Of a stretch of DNA of 39,826 nucleotides, positions 26,028 to 35,930 are shown piece after piece. The stretch's first letter is position 1. The number at the start of each line of letters is the position of its first letter. Location: the UHGV virus genome UHGV-0392477; one strand, written 5' to 3'. This stretch comes from a virus. Made by a program: the position numbers and the translations under genes. The notes under the pieces are model-generated. The model searched no databases. It was not told where the DNA came from and was given only the letters and a program-made list of their open reading frames with translations.

Positions 26028-27402
26028 CCTTTATCCTCCTTATCCTCGCCTTAAGGCTCTCCATCACCCAGTTCTGCACGTCATCCTTGCGCTGCAGGGC
26101 CTGCATTACATCCTCATCGCGCGTTCCGCTGCACACCAGATGGTGAATAATCACTTTCTCTGTCTGCCCCTGGCGGTGCAGGCGCTTATTGGCCTGGGTG
26201 TATAACTCATAGTTCCATGTAAGGCCGAACCAGATGACGTGGTTCCCGCCCTGCTGCAGGTTCAGGCCGTAGGCGCTGCTGGCCGGATGGGTCAGCAAGA
26301 TGTCAATCCTCCTGGCGTTCCAGTCATCCTCATCCCGTGGTGTCTTAAGCTCCCTCGCCCTCAATCCTGTTTTCTCCAGGGCCTTAAGGATTCTTGTCCT
26401 GTCGTGCTGGTAGTTGTAGAACACCAGTGCCGGCTTCCCCTGAAGGGATTCTATCAACTCCGTAAACGCCTCCAATTTGCAGCCGTGAACCTCATGGACC
26501 TGCCTGTCCTCGTCGTAAATGGCCCCGTTGGCCAGCTGCAGCAGCTTATTACTCAGGGCCGCCGCACTGGTTACGCTGATGTCATCCCCGTCCTCCGGCA
26601 GCTGCAGGACCATCTCGCGTTCCAGCTCACAGTAGGCTTTAAGAGCCTTTGCGTCCAACTCCACCGGTACCTCATGGTACGTGATGTCCGGAAGCTGCAG
26701 GTAATCCTCAGCCTTCATGCTGATGCAGATGTCGGATATCTTCTCCAGGATACCATCCTCGCTCCCAGGCTTAGCCTCGTAGCTGTACACCATGCCGTCT
26801 GCTCCGCGCTTGTCCGGTTGGAAATACCGTTCCCTGAAGTGGGTGTACCGCTTTCCCAGGCGCTCACCGCCGTCCAGCAGGAATACCTGGGCCCACAGGT
26901 CATCCAGACCATTGGGGGACGGGGTGCCTGTCAGCTCCACCATCCTTTCGATGCGCTCTCCTACGCTGGCCAAAGCTTTGAAGCGTTTAGCGCTGTGGCT
27001 CTTAAAACTGCTGCTCTCATCCACCACCACCATGTCAAAAGGCCAGGCATTCCTGTAATAATCTACCAGCCACACCACGTTCTCGCGGTTGGTGATGTAG
27101 ATGTCTGCCGGCGTGTTCAGGGCCTTCACCCGCCTGGACTGGCTCCCCAGTACCTGGGATACCCGCAGCATCTTTGTATGGTCCCACTTGGCGGCCTCCC
27201 TTGTCCAGGTCCCCTCCGCCACCTTCTTGGGGGCTATCACCAGCACCCGGCGTACCTGGAAACGGTTATACTTAAGCTCCTTAATGGCCGTCAGTGTGGT
27301 GACCGTCTTGCCTAATCCCATATCTAAAAACAGACCTAACTTTTTAATCTCAATGATTTGATTAATACAGTGCTGCTGATAGGCGTGCGGCTTAAATATC
27401 AT
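26017..27402 (-). CDS. SNF2-family helicase
   Basis: LDMGLGKTV motif I and VVVDESSSFK DExx box. Confidence 0.85.
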   Translation of the reverse strand: MIFKPHAYQQHCINQIIEIKKLGLFLDMGLGKTVTTLTAIKELKYNRFQVRRVLVIAPKKVAEGTWTREAAKWDHTKMLRVSQVLGSQSRRVKALNTPADIYITNRENVVWLVDYYRNAWPFDMVVVDESSSFKSHSAKRFKALASVGERIERMVELTGTPSPNGLDDLWAQVFLLDGGERLGKRYTHFRERYFQPDKRGADGMVYSYEAKPGSEDGILEKISDICISMKAEDYLQLPDITYHEVPVELDAKALKAYCELEREMVLQLPEDGDDISVTSAAALSNKLLQLANGAIYDEDRQVHEVHGCKLEAFTELIESLQGKPALVFYNYQHDRTRILKALEKTGLRARELKTPRDEDDWNARRIDILLTHPASSAYGLNLQQGGNHVIWFGLTWNYELYTQANKRLHRQGQTEKVIIHHLVCSGTRDEDVMQALQRKDDVQNWVMESLKARIRRIKDGN

Positions 27403-27424
27403 AGGACGTCACCTCCTTTTGCGC

Positions 27425-27757
27425 TTATTTTCCATCGGACTGGACCTCTTTTTCAAACTGCCGTAACTTCATTCCGCAGTCACAATCCTCTAAAAACTGC
27501 TCCACTTCCCGAATTCCTCTAAGCACCCTTACGTCCTGTCCCATATCCAAGAGGCGTCTTATCTGCACCTTCTGCAGGGCACTCAGTTTCCCACTCTCGG
27601 CCTTAAGCTCCACGAACACCGGTCGCATACCGGGCAGTATCACTATCCGGTCCGGCACCCCATCGTTGCCAGGACTTACCCACTTATAGGCTCGACCCCC
27701 CAGTTTTCTTATCTCCGTCACCAGGACCTTCTCAATATCTTTTTCCAGCATCCTCAA
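27425..27757 (-). CDS. VRR-NUC domain nuclease
   Basis: GVPDRIVILPG...VFVELKAESGKLSALQKVQIRRLLDMGQDV. Confidence 0.75.
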   Translation of the reverse strand: MRMLEKDIEKVLVTEIRKLGGRAYKWVSPGNDGVPDRIVILPGMRPVFVELKAESGKLSALQKVQIRRLLDMGQDVRVLRGIREVEQFLEDCDCGMKLRQFEKEVQSDGK

Positions 27758-28008
27758 TTCCTCCTGTCTACAAACTTCCCTCGCGCGTGTATGTGTGTAT
27801 GTATATAGGTGCGTTAGGCGTTATATGCGTGTACCTATTCTATCTATTTTTATACTTATATAGATAATTGGTAGTCATAGTAGTTAGATATTAGAAAACC
27901 TTGTATCTTCAACGTTTTCCACGTCTACCGTGGTCTACTACTATCCGTCTACTTGGCTACTTACTGCATGTCTACCAACTACCATCTGACTATTTTCGTT
28001 CTATCAGG
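27758..28008. other. Candidate replication origin: a non-coding AT-rich block plus GTCTAC iterons
   Basis: 250-nt gap in an otherwise compact genome. GTGTATGT x2 and gcgtta repeats. tatcta..tagata inverted repeat. GTCTAC at 27923, 27933, 27947 and 27970. Confidence 0.4.
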
Positions 28009-30414
28009 CTAAGTAGTCAGACGCTCAAACCCTTTCTGGTTCCCGTAAGTACCGAACCTTCTGGGTGTCTTTATCCGTTTCCAGCCTTTTAAGCCCAGCA
28101 GGATATTGTTGATTTCTGTACTGTCACTGCGTTTCATGTACCGTTTCTCACTCCCAAAGCATTCCTCCCATATCTCTACCGCGCATACCTTATCCCTCTG
28201 GACAAGCCCCACACTTTCATCATATTGGAGGTTACCATTCAGGAACTGACGGCGTTGTCCCAGGCTCATCTGGCCCCAATTAGGCAGTACTGGTTTCTCC
28301 AGAAAGTCCTGTATAATTCCCTCTTTCCCCGACAGCTCTTTGTGGCTCTCCTGCTGCTCCATGGCCATGGCCTCTATCTCTTTAGACAGATACAGCGGTT
28401 CCCCCATGGCCCAGTACATATATGCCTCGGCCCATATCTGGTCCACCTCCTGCGGCATATCGGCCCAGATGGATTTCTGTGCCGGATGCAGGCCCACATC
28501 CACCGGCCAGAACCGACGGTTCCCGGTCGCGTCTTTCAGAAACTCATTGTCGTTACTGGTCCCGAAGAACACACAGCGCCTCGGGTGCTTCTCCGTCTGC
28601 CTGCCGTAGGCCGCCCTGTAGATGTCATAGCACTTGCTTAAAAACTGTTTGATGGCGGACGTCTCCTGTTTCGTAAAGGCCGTAAGCTCCCCCACCTCAT
28701 TAATCCAGGTTCCCTGTATCAGCTCCGCGGCATCCTTGCCCTCAAATGACGTAAGGCTGTCTGAAAACCATGCTTTTCCCAGATTGGCCAGAAACGTACT
28801 CTTGCCTATCCCCTGCGGTCCCGTAATGATGGGCATGTTATCGTACTTTACGCCGCCCACGATCGCCCTGGCCACAGCCGCGCACAAAGATTTACGCATG
28901 ACTGCTCTTGTATAAGGCGCGTCATCGGCTCCCAGGTAGACACTCAGCAGGGTATCCACCCGTTTTACACCGTCCCATGTAAGGCCCTGAAGGTACCGCT
29001 TGACCTCATTAATCTTGTTCTGCTCGCCCACAATGGCCAGGGCGTCCGTCATGTTGTTCCGGGCCGTGATGCCGTAATAGGTCTCCATATACCAGTAGAA
29101 GCCGGAAATGTCCGTATCTGTCCACAACCGTTTCTCAGTCTCCCTGTTCCATGGCACCGCGCCTAAGACCAGCCCCCTGCCTGCGAATTCATCTGTGACA
29201 ATCCTGCCTTTCAGCAGGGGGTCATTCTGCAGCACCAGGATGATGTTGTTCACGGTCTTTTTGTAATTCCCGTTCCCGTCCACTGCCAGCTGGCTCATCC
29301 ACGTGAGATCATCAGCTTCCTGGCTTTCATTTCCCGCAGAGGCGAACGCCGTCATAGCCTCCTCATGTTTCTCCCGTGCCATCCGGTCAGCCACGGCCTT
29401 GTCAGCCACCGCCAGCTTGCTCATGGCCACGAAGGACGGCAGCTTGTTTACTGGTGTTCCTTCTTTGGCTGCAGCATCCTTATCGCCGTACATGTGCAGC
29501 CGGACCAGGTCGAACGCGTTGACCAGCTGGCCGCAGCAGGGGTCGTGGGAATGATGGGAGTACAGGAACAGGCCGCCGTCATATACGATGGCGCCGCCGG
29601 TTGTCTCGCCCCCGGTGTATGTGTAGCGCCCTGTTGTGGCCGTCTCCTCATACATCCCCGGTATGAACCGCTCCATTGCCTCCACGATGCCGTACGTCCG
29701 GCAGAATGCGCCTATGATACCCCGTTTTATTGTGGGGTCCTCCTGCTTGGCCAGCCTGCGCCGCTCCATTGCCTCCGCTCCTGGCACCTGGGGCCACTGG
29801 GTGACGTCCTTCCAGTCCCCGTACATCCCCAGCAGCCCGTCCAGGCTGCAGAACGGCTTGTCATATACCTGATATACGTATTGACTGTCGCTGCAACAGC
29901 TTGGCCAGTACATGAGCCTGTGGGGTTCAAACGTGGTCGGGTCGCAAAATTCAATTCCCAAAAGGGATGCCAGTTTTCTTGCTGCCGGCTCATATTCGTC
30001 CGCCGTTGCTGTCCTGTCCACCGGTACGATGACACGCAGCCTCGGGGCATACCCACTGTGTTTCCGGGTGCTGTACACGGCCGCGGCGCACCCCAGCCCT
30101 CCCACGCGCCTCAGGATATCGTCCGTCTGCCCCGCGGGAATATTGTCCAGGTCCAGTGTGAGCAGGTCTCTGCCCTCCACATGGTCCTGCTTCCTGCGGT
30201 TTTCCCGAAGAGTACCGCCTACGAACCCGCCTATGTCCTTAAGTTCATCCTGCTGCACTTTCGGAAAAGCAAGGTACTGCTCCAGTGTCTCGTCGCCCCT
30301 TACCGGAGTGCTGAGCTTTTCTGTAAACTCGGACCACATGATGGTGCTTCCCGGCCACTGTATTGCCTTACGGCTTCCTGCTGTGCTTATATGCAGCATC
30401 CTGTTATTCTGCAC
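28009..30414 (-). CDS. DNA primase/helicase (primase-polymerase N-terminus plus VirE/D5-like P-loop C-terminus)
   Basis: 801 aa. P-loop GPQGIGKST. Position in the replication module. Confidence 0.8.
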   Translation of the reverse strand: MQNNRMLHISTAGSRKAIQWPGSTIMWSEFTEKLSTPVRGDETLEQYLAFPKVQQDELKDIGGFVGGTLRENRRKQDHVEGRDLLTLDLDNIPAGQTDDILRRVGGLGCAAAVYSTRKHSGYAPRLRVIVPVDRTATADEYEPAARKLASLLGIEFCDPTTFEPHRLMYWPSCCSDSQYVYQVYDKPFCSLDGLLGMYGDWKDVTQWPQVPGAEAMERRRLAKQEDPTIKRGIIGAFCRTYGIVEAMERFIPGMYEETATTGRYTYTGGETTGGAIVYDGGLFLYSHHSHDPCCGQLVNAFDLVRLHMYGDKDAAAKEGTPVNKLPSFVAMSKLAVADKAVADRMAREKHEEAMTAFASAGNESQEADDLTWMSQLAVDGNGNYKKTVNNIILVLQNDPLLKGRIVTDEFAGRGLVLGAVPWNRETEKRLWTDTDISGFYWYMETYYGITARNNMTDALAIVGEQNKINEVKRYLQGLTWDGVKRVDTLLSVYLGADDAPYTRAVMRKSLCAAVARAIVGGVKYDNMPIITGPQGIGKSTFLANLGKAWFSDSLTSFEGKDAAELIQGTWINEVGELTAFTKQETSAIKQFLSKCYDIYRAAYGRQTEKHPRRCVFFGTSNDNEFLKDATGNRRFWPVDVGLHPAQKSIWADMPQEVDQIWAEAYMYWAMGEPLYLSKEIEAMAMEQQESHKELSGKEGIIQDFLEKPVLPNWGQMSLGQRRQFLNGNLQYDESVGLVQRDKVCAVEIWEECFGSEKRYMKRSDSTEINNILLGLKGWKRIKTPRRFGTYGNQKGFERLTT

Positions 30415-30425
30415 CCTGTTCCCTC

Positions 30426-32405
30426 CTAGTCCTTCATGTAGTAGTCATTTTCAAACCCCGCGCCTTTAAGCACCAGCCCCGGCGCCCAGGGTATCGGTTC
30501 GGCCATCAGGCCACATATTTCGTCCACTGTCGTTTCCATGGGCGCGTCAATGATAACCTCGTCATGCACGTGGAACACCACCTGCAGGCCTCTGGCCGCA
30601 ATCCGTTCCAGAGTCACAGCCAGACAGTCCCTGGCGATGGCCTGGACAATGTTCTCGGTCATCTTTCCGCCATAGGTCGATGTAACCTCCCACTTTCGGG
30701 TCTGCTGTCCCATCGTGTGGTAATGAATGGCTGTTTTCCCGAATTGGTTCTCCTTTAGAAATGGTCTGCAATAGTACAGCTTCCGCCCGCTTGGTAACTG
30801 CACAGTAAGGAAAGACTGGCCGTAAATGAGGTCCCCTTCCAGCGCGAAAATGAGTCCGTTGATACCCTGCGGCTGCGCCGTCTCCATGACGGTGAGAGCC
30901 GCGTTCTCCACGGCGTACCACAGGCCACATATCTGTCGGTTCGCCTGGCGCCACCGCTGCACAATGTCCGGCAGCTCCTCTTCGGTTAGCCCCATCTTAA
31001 GCGCGCCCATGCTGACCAGGGAATGGGTGCCTCCCTGGTACCCCAGGGCCAGCGTGGCCACCTTTCCCTTCTGTCTCAGGGCATATTCAGGGTTTCCTTT
31101 CACAATCCGTTCCACCGGCACCCCGAACATCTGGGCCGCCGTGGCCTCGTAAATCTTCCCATGGGTGGCAAACACCTCGTTCACCCATTGCTCTCCGGCC
31201 AGCCATGCAATCACGCGGGCCTCTATGGCGCTGAAATCAGCCACCACGAACTTATGACCTTCAGACGGGATAAAGGCTGTCCTGATAAGCTGGGAGAGTG
31301 TGTCGGGCACATTTCCGTAGAGCAGCTTAATCCCGTCATAGTTCTTAGCCTTCACCAGCTTCCGGGCATAGTCCAAAGTCTTGATATAATTTCTGGGGAG
31401 GTTCTGCAGCTGTACCAGCCGTCCGGCATACCTCCCGGTACGGTTGGCTCCGTAGTACTGTGTTAATCCACGTACCCTGTCGCCCTCTCCGCGAGCCGTG
31501 TCCATGGCCACGTATTTCTTGATGGAGGTCTTACCCAGCTGTTGCCGGATTTCAAGCACGCGCTGGATCCGTTCCTTCGGCTGGTCCTTAAGTAGGTCCG
31601 CCACTGTATCCTTTTTAAGGTTTTCCGCTTCCGTGCCGTTATCCCTGAGCCACTTGAGGAGCTGCTGCTGGCTGTTCGGGTTCTGCAGTCCGGTCAGGCC
31701 GATGGCCTCGTCCGTCAGCTTCTGGGTGCTGACGCCGTCTATGTACAGCGCCCCCTCAATCAGCCCTGTATCCACCCGGACACCATAGGCATTCATAAGG
31801 ACATCCATCTGCCACAGGCGCTCCTCTTTCTCCGGCATCGGGAACGGGTCCAGGCGCTTCAGTATCTCATGCTCCGTGACCACATCCTGTTTGCAGTATT
31901 CCTTGAACAGGGCCCATTTGTCTGCATCATGCCATGGCTGGTTCCACGTCCGCCCCCCATTGGTCCTGGTTGGCTTGCAGGGAACACAGAAATACCGTAT
32001 CAGCGCCTTGCCGACCGCAAGCTTCTGCTTGTCCTGCGGCAGCCCGATGGCCCTTCCCGTGGCATCCAGGCCGGCGGTGTATCCGCAGTACAGGCCGTGC
32101 GCCATGGTACAGCGCCACTGCTGAATCGGTGTCTCATAACCGGCGCGGTTCAGACAGTACCACTCGAAAGCCGCGTTATAAGCGTGCTTAATTACATTGG
32201 GGTCCCTCAGGGCATCTTCCCATATCTCTGGTGGAAATGATTCATCTGCCGTAAGGTCTATGACTTCCACCGGCCCGTCATCCCACTGGTACGCAAACAG
32301 GAGGATTTTAAAATCCGGGGACTGGGCGTATTTGTAAGCCCCGGCCTTGCTGATATCCACGCTGCTGCGTGTCTCTATGTCTATGCTGAGATGATGTTTC
32401 GCCAT
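30426..32405 (-). CDS. Family A DNA polymerase with a 3'-5' exonuclease domain
   Basis: Exo I LSIDIETRS. Motif B KGKVATLALGYQGG. Motif C VHDEVIID. Confidence 0.85.
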   Translation of the reverse strand: MAKHHLSIDIETRSSVDISKAGAYKYAQSPDFKILLFAYQWDDGPVEVIDLTADESFPPEIWEDALRDPNVIKHAYNAAFEWYCLNRAGYETPIQQWRCTMAHGLYCGYTAGLDATGRAIGLPQDKQKLAVGKALIRYFCVPCKPTRTNGGRTWNQPWHDADKWALFKEYCKQDVVTEHEILKRLDPFPMPEKEERLWQMDVLMNAYGVRVDTGLIEGALYIDGVSTQKLTDEAIGLTGLQNPNSQQQLLKWLRDNGTEAENLKKDTVADLLKDQPKERIQRVLEIRQQLGKTSIKKYVAMDTARGEGDRVRGLTQYYGANRTGRYAGRLVQLQNLPRNYIKTLDYARKLVKAKNYDGIKLLYGNVPDTLSQLIRTAFIPSEGHKFVVADFSAIEARVIAWLAGEQWVNEVFATHGKIYEATAAQMFGVPVERIVKGNPEYALRQKGKVATLALGYQGGTHSLVSMGALKMGLTEEELPDIVQRWRQANRQICGLWYAVENAALTVMETAQPQGINGLIFALEGDLIYGQSFLTVQLPSGRKLYYCRPFLKENQFGKTAIHYHTMGQQTRKWEVTSTYGGKMTENIVQAIARDCLAVTLERIAARGLQVVFHVHDEVIIDAPMETTVDEICGLMAEPIPWAPGLVLKGAGFENDYYMKD

Positions 32406-32456
32406 CCGTCTTACCTCCTGTCAGGTTGAGGGGCCACAGGGCCCCTCTTGTGGTCA

Positions 32457-33140
32457 TCAATATGGCATCCCCGTGATTGGGTTGACAGCAGCAGGCGTCT
32501 GCGCCCATGGAGCGGTTTGTGGCTGCGGAGCATAACCTGCGGCTCCTGAGGTTGCCGGCATGGCCGCTCCATACTGCGGCGTGGTTGCCTGTGGTACTGG
32601 TGTCCCAAAAGCCTGTGCGGCACTTGGTGCGCTGCCTCCCAGGGAATCACCGTCTCTCAGCTTCTGTACCGGCCCCAGACCGCAGCCAATTCCCTTCTTA
32701 CCGCCAAAGGCATAAGGATAGAAGGATACATTCACGCGCCCATACATACCGCTGTATACCTCTGACTGGTTGATAATGGGGTTCCCCATTTTGTCAACTA
32801 TCTCAGGTGGATAGTCTGCCTTGGCGCTGGCTGTGAACACCCAATGGCCTTTGCACTCAGGCCCGAAGGCCATGCCATCGGATGGCCTTACGCCATCCCC
32901 GTCATAGACCGGCACTGGGACAATTGGCGGGCACTGCCCGTTCCATTTCTCGCTGATGCCCCGCTGCTTCGCGGCCTCAATGGCCGCATTAATCCTTCCC
33001 ATGGTGTCCGTGTCAGTCTTCGGCACCAGCACAGTCACCTGGTACTTCTCCTCCTGTCCTGGCTGATAAGCGTAGGGTTTAAACAGGTGCACATAGGACA
33101 GCCTTACTTCTCCGGTTGTTACATTCGTTAATTCATTCAT
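32457..33140 (-). CDS. DUF2815 (phage SSB-like) protein
   Basis: TGEVRLSYVHLFKP N-terminal signature. Partners DUF2800 and PolA. Likely start is the ATG at 33140, after AAAGGA. Confidence 0.7.
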   Translation of the reverse strand: MNELTNVTTGEVRLSYVHLFKPYAYQPGQEEKYQVTVLVPKTDTDTMGRINAAIEAAKQRGISEKWNGQCPPIVPVPVYDGDGVRPSDGMAFGPECKGHWVFTASAKADYPPEIVDKMGNPIINQSEVYSGMYGRVNVSFYPYAFGGKKGIGCGLGPVQKLRDGDSLGGSAPSAAQAFGTPVPQATTPQYGAAMPATSGAAGYAPQPQTAPWAQTPAAVNPITGMPY

Positions 33141-33216
33141 AATAAAATGTCCTTTCATCTTTATATTGTGGGCTCCGCCCCCCTTGGTTTATAATCAAGG
33201 AAAAGGAGGCGTTTTT

Positions 33217-33507
33217 ATGAGACAAATTGATAAGCTTCTACAAACCCTTGGCGAACCATATGATATCCAGGGGTTTGATGGTGAGGACTGCATCCATAGG
33301 ACATTCGGCAACTACGAATTTGAGGTTTCTGGTACAAACCGCAAACGCTGTATTTTATATGTATGGACAGTCTCGCCTAAAGAAGTGGTAGCGATATATA
33401 AGAATATCCCAACCGAACACCTTAAGGATGTCCTGGGCTATTATGCTTCCATATACCAAAACATTCCGGACCAAATCCAGGTCGAACGCCAAGATATAAA
33501 AGTATGA
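33217..33507 (+). CDS. Opposite-strand hypothetical protein (96 aa) with its own promoter, embedded in the replication module
   Basis: Strong RBS AAGGAGG 7 nt before the ATG. Upstream TTGTGG-18 nt-TATAAT. Opposite orientation to all surrounding genes. Confidence 0.5.
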   Translation: MRQIDKLLQTLGEPYDIQGFDGEDCIHRTFGNYEFEVSGTNRKRCILYVWTVSPKEVVAIYKNIPTEHLKDVLGYYASIYQNIPDQIQVERQDIKV

Positions 33508-33658
33508 CCCCCAAATCCCTTCTGGAAAGTTTCCTTTCTTCGATGACCCGGTCAAGTTCTTCGATGTCCTGAGGGTCATCCGTTTTCAATTCAAATCTCC
33601 TAAGCTCGCCCAGTGTACGGCTGCTGGGCGGGCTTATCTTAGCCTCATCCATAATCAA
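33422..33658 (-). CDS. Small hypothetical protein (78 aa). Overlaps the 3' end of the plus-strand gene
   Basis: RBS GGGGAGGAAAG. Start overlaps the DUF2800 stop as ATGA. Confidence 0.4.
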   Translation of the reverse strand: MIMDEAKISPPSSRTLGELRRFELKTDDPQDIEELDRVIEERKLSRRDLGVILLYLGVRPGFGPECFGIWKHNSPGHP

Positions 33659-34845
33659 CTTTCCTCCCCAAACGCCTCCGCGGCACTTACTTTATTTGTG
33701 ATTGCTGGTCGATTATCTGTTTCTTCTACTAATGCCGGCTTCCCTGGCTTCTTGATGACCAATTCGCCTACAAGCTCCTGAAAATCCTTCTTACCTACCA
33801 CCTTCTCCACCTGGGCCAGCGAGAGCGGCTTACGCTCCCATAGGATGGTTTCTGATATCCCGTTTGATGTAAGGGCACTGAACGCCTTATCCATGTCGGT
33901 CCAGTCCCTGGAGCCGCGTCCCTCCACAGCCTTCCAACCGGGCACTTCTTTCCCGGCCAGGCAGTCCGCCAGGGCAACATCCTGGGCATCACTGAGCCAC
34001 TTCGCCACGTCCCTGCCCTTAAGCAGGTACCGGCCCAGCTCTTCATTTGTGAGGAGTTTTGGGTCTGTCCCTACCAGGAAGGCCAGTTCCACGTTCTTTT
34101 CCGCACGGGCCTTGCATCTTCCTCTGGCCCTGCAGTACTTACAAGTCTTTGGTGCCGGCGCGAACTCTCCCTCCCCCCTGATGGCCAGTGCTGCCCGCTC
34201 CCTGACATATTCCCCGAACTGCAGCATCTCATCCAAGGTACACTCCCATTCGGATATGCCGTCCGGAAGCCGTGGCTGTACAATAGACAGCCTCACGGTC
34301 CTGACCTTGTACAGCAGACGGTATGCTTCGTAAGCCCCTAAAGCGTACAACAGCATTTGGGGATTCCACTCCGCCTTCACGCGGCCGTCCGGACTCTTCC
34401 CATACTTGAAGTCAATGACGTGCAGGATATCCGCGCCAATCAGGATACAGTCGGCTGTCCCGAATCCCTCCGGTACGTATGTACTGAGGTCCACCTGCTT
34501 CTCAATCGCCACGTAAGGGCTGGATGGGTATTTCATGGCCACAGACTTGATGTAGTCCAGGTAATCATCCGTATAGCCTGTCATCTCTTCATCCCACCGT
34601 TCTTTTTTCTTCAGCTTGTTGATAGCCGCCGTCAGCTTTCTCTTTCCAAAATCAACCGTGTAGAAGTAATTCCTTACTTTAAGTTCCGCCAGCTCGTGGG
34701 CCAATGTCCCTTCCGCCGCGGCCGTCCCTGAGGGGTTGTCCGGGAATTGCTCTTGGAGCCTGGCGCTTGGGGTGCAGGCCATCCACTGATAGGCACCCGA
34801 AGCACTCAGGAGTGCGTGGGCCCTCTCTGCGTGTCCCCCCATCAT
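33655..34845 (-). CDS. DUF2800 (PD-(D/E)XK-type) nuclease
   Basis: N-terminal LLSASGAYQWMAC signature. Motif DFKYGKS. Confidence 0.7.
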   Translation of the reverse strand: MMGGHAERAHALLSASGAYQWMACTPSARLQEQFPDNPSGTAAAEGTLAHELAELKVRNYFYTVDFGKRKLTAAINKLKKKERWDEEMTGYTDDYLDYIKSVAMKYPSSPYVAIEKQVDLSTYVPEGFGTADCILIGADILHVIDFKYGKSPDGRVKAEWNPQMLLYALGAYEAYRLLYKVRTVRLSIVQPRLPDGISEWECTLDEMLQFGEYVRERAALAIRGEGEFAPAPKTCKYCRARGRCKARAEKNVELAFLVGTDPKLLTNEELGRYLLKGRDVAKWLSDAQDVALADCLAGKEVPGWKAVEGRGSRDWTDMDKAFSALTSNGISETILWERKPLSLAQVEKVVGKKDFQELVGELVIKKPGKPALVEETDNRPAITNKVSAAEAFGEES

Positions 34846-35276
34846 ATCTGTGCCCCCAATCCCCGGAGCGCGGTTGCGAACGCACCATACTGTTCCGGCT
34901 GCAGGGACGGCAGCGCCTCCACCCCGAAGCTCCGGATAAGCTGGAGCAATTCCGGCTGCTTGCCTGAGTCCATGAGCGGGATAGCTGCCCTTGTCAGGTC
35001 ATCCAGCGTGTAACTGGGTGCCGTTGTTGGAACCGGCTGCGCGGGTGGGGTGACAGGGGCCTGCTGTACGGGCGCTGTGTAGACCGGTTGTTGTACCGGT
35101 GGGGTGACGGGGGTCTGCTGCACAGGAGCCGGTGCCAAGGTTTCCGGGGTAACCCCCAGTGTACTCTCCGCCGTAGCCCCCTGGGATGTATTACCGCCGG
35201 AAGGAGCCTGCCCCATCAATCTCCTTGCAAATTTCATCATGTCCTCATAATCTTCAAATACTACTGTCATTGTCAT
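34842..35276 (-). CDS. Hypothetical protein with a Pro/Gln/Thr/Val-rich repetitive linker
   Basis: PVTPPVQQPVYTAPVQQAPVTPPAQPVP. RBS AAGGAGG. Confidence 0.5.
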   Translation of the reverse strand: MTMTVVFEDYEDMMKFARRLMGQAPSGGNTSQGATAESTLGVTPETLAPAPVQQTPVTPPVQQPVYTAPVQQAPVTPPAQPVPTTAPSYTLDDLTRAAIPLMDSGKQPELLQLIRSFGVEALPSLQPEQYGAFATALRGLGAQI

Positions 35277-35280
35277 AGTC

Positions 35281-35916
35281 TTAATCCTCCTTGTTTTTAC
35301 GGTTTTTAGCTAACTTCTCTATGTAGATGGTTTCACCCAATCGATAGACATTAAAATCATTCCGGTTATTATTCTTTTTCCAGCTCCGCATGGAACCAGC
35401 CTTAGATGCCGCCTTTTTGACATCCGGGTATGAAAGGCACATTGTCCTGTGTGTGGATGACAGAAATTCCAGCAGGGCCTCCATTTCTACGCTTAATGAT
35501 GCCCTCATCTTTGCCGCTTCCGGAATCTTGACATCGAACTTTACTTCCATAGCATACTTCTCCTTTTCATCCATGTATCTGATATTTTCGCTGGTAATCA
35601 TATCCCCATAGGTCAGGCCGTCCGTGCCAGGGATTTCCGCATCCAGGCTTACTGTCTGTATTCTTGTCGCCTGCTTGCTGCGTTCGTTGTAAATGTGGCT
35701 GCGGATAGTCTGGTTCACGATGGTACGGAATGACCACTTGTGCAAATCCGGCCTTGCAAACCATTTTTTAACGGCATGAACATATCCAAGCGCTGCTATG
35801 TCCGTCAGTTCTCTATCCAGGCACTGTTTCCGGATGGCCCATTGCAAGCAGTCATGGTTGTCTGCCGCAAACCGCTGCTCTTCGGGGGTGAGCGGGGTGA
35901 GCATGACACGTTCCAT
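35281..35916 (-). CDS. Hypothetical early protein, possibly regulatory
   Basis: 211 aa. No SD. A G12 tract lies 14 nt upstream. Confidence 0.5.
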   Translation of the reverse strand: MERVMLTPLTPEEQRFAADNHDCLQWAIRKQCLDRELTDIAALGYVHAVKKWFARPDLHKWSFRTIVNQTIRSHIYNERSKQATRIQTVSLDAEIPGTDGLTYGDMITSENIRYMDEKEKYAMEVKFDVKIPEAAKMRASLSVEMEALLEFLSSTHRTMCLSYPDVKKAASKAGSMRSWKKNNNRNDFNVYRLGETIYIEKLAKNRKNKED

Positions 35917-35930
35917 AGTTTAATCGTGCA

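Noticed and set aside
26239-27315. 358-aa plus-strand ORF
   Set aside because: Antisense shadow of the SNF2 helicase gene in GC-rich coding sequence.
29365-30429. 354-aa plus-strand ORF
   Set aside because: Antisense shadow of the primase/VirE gene.
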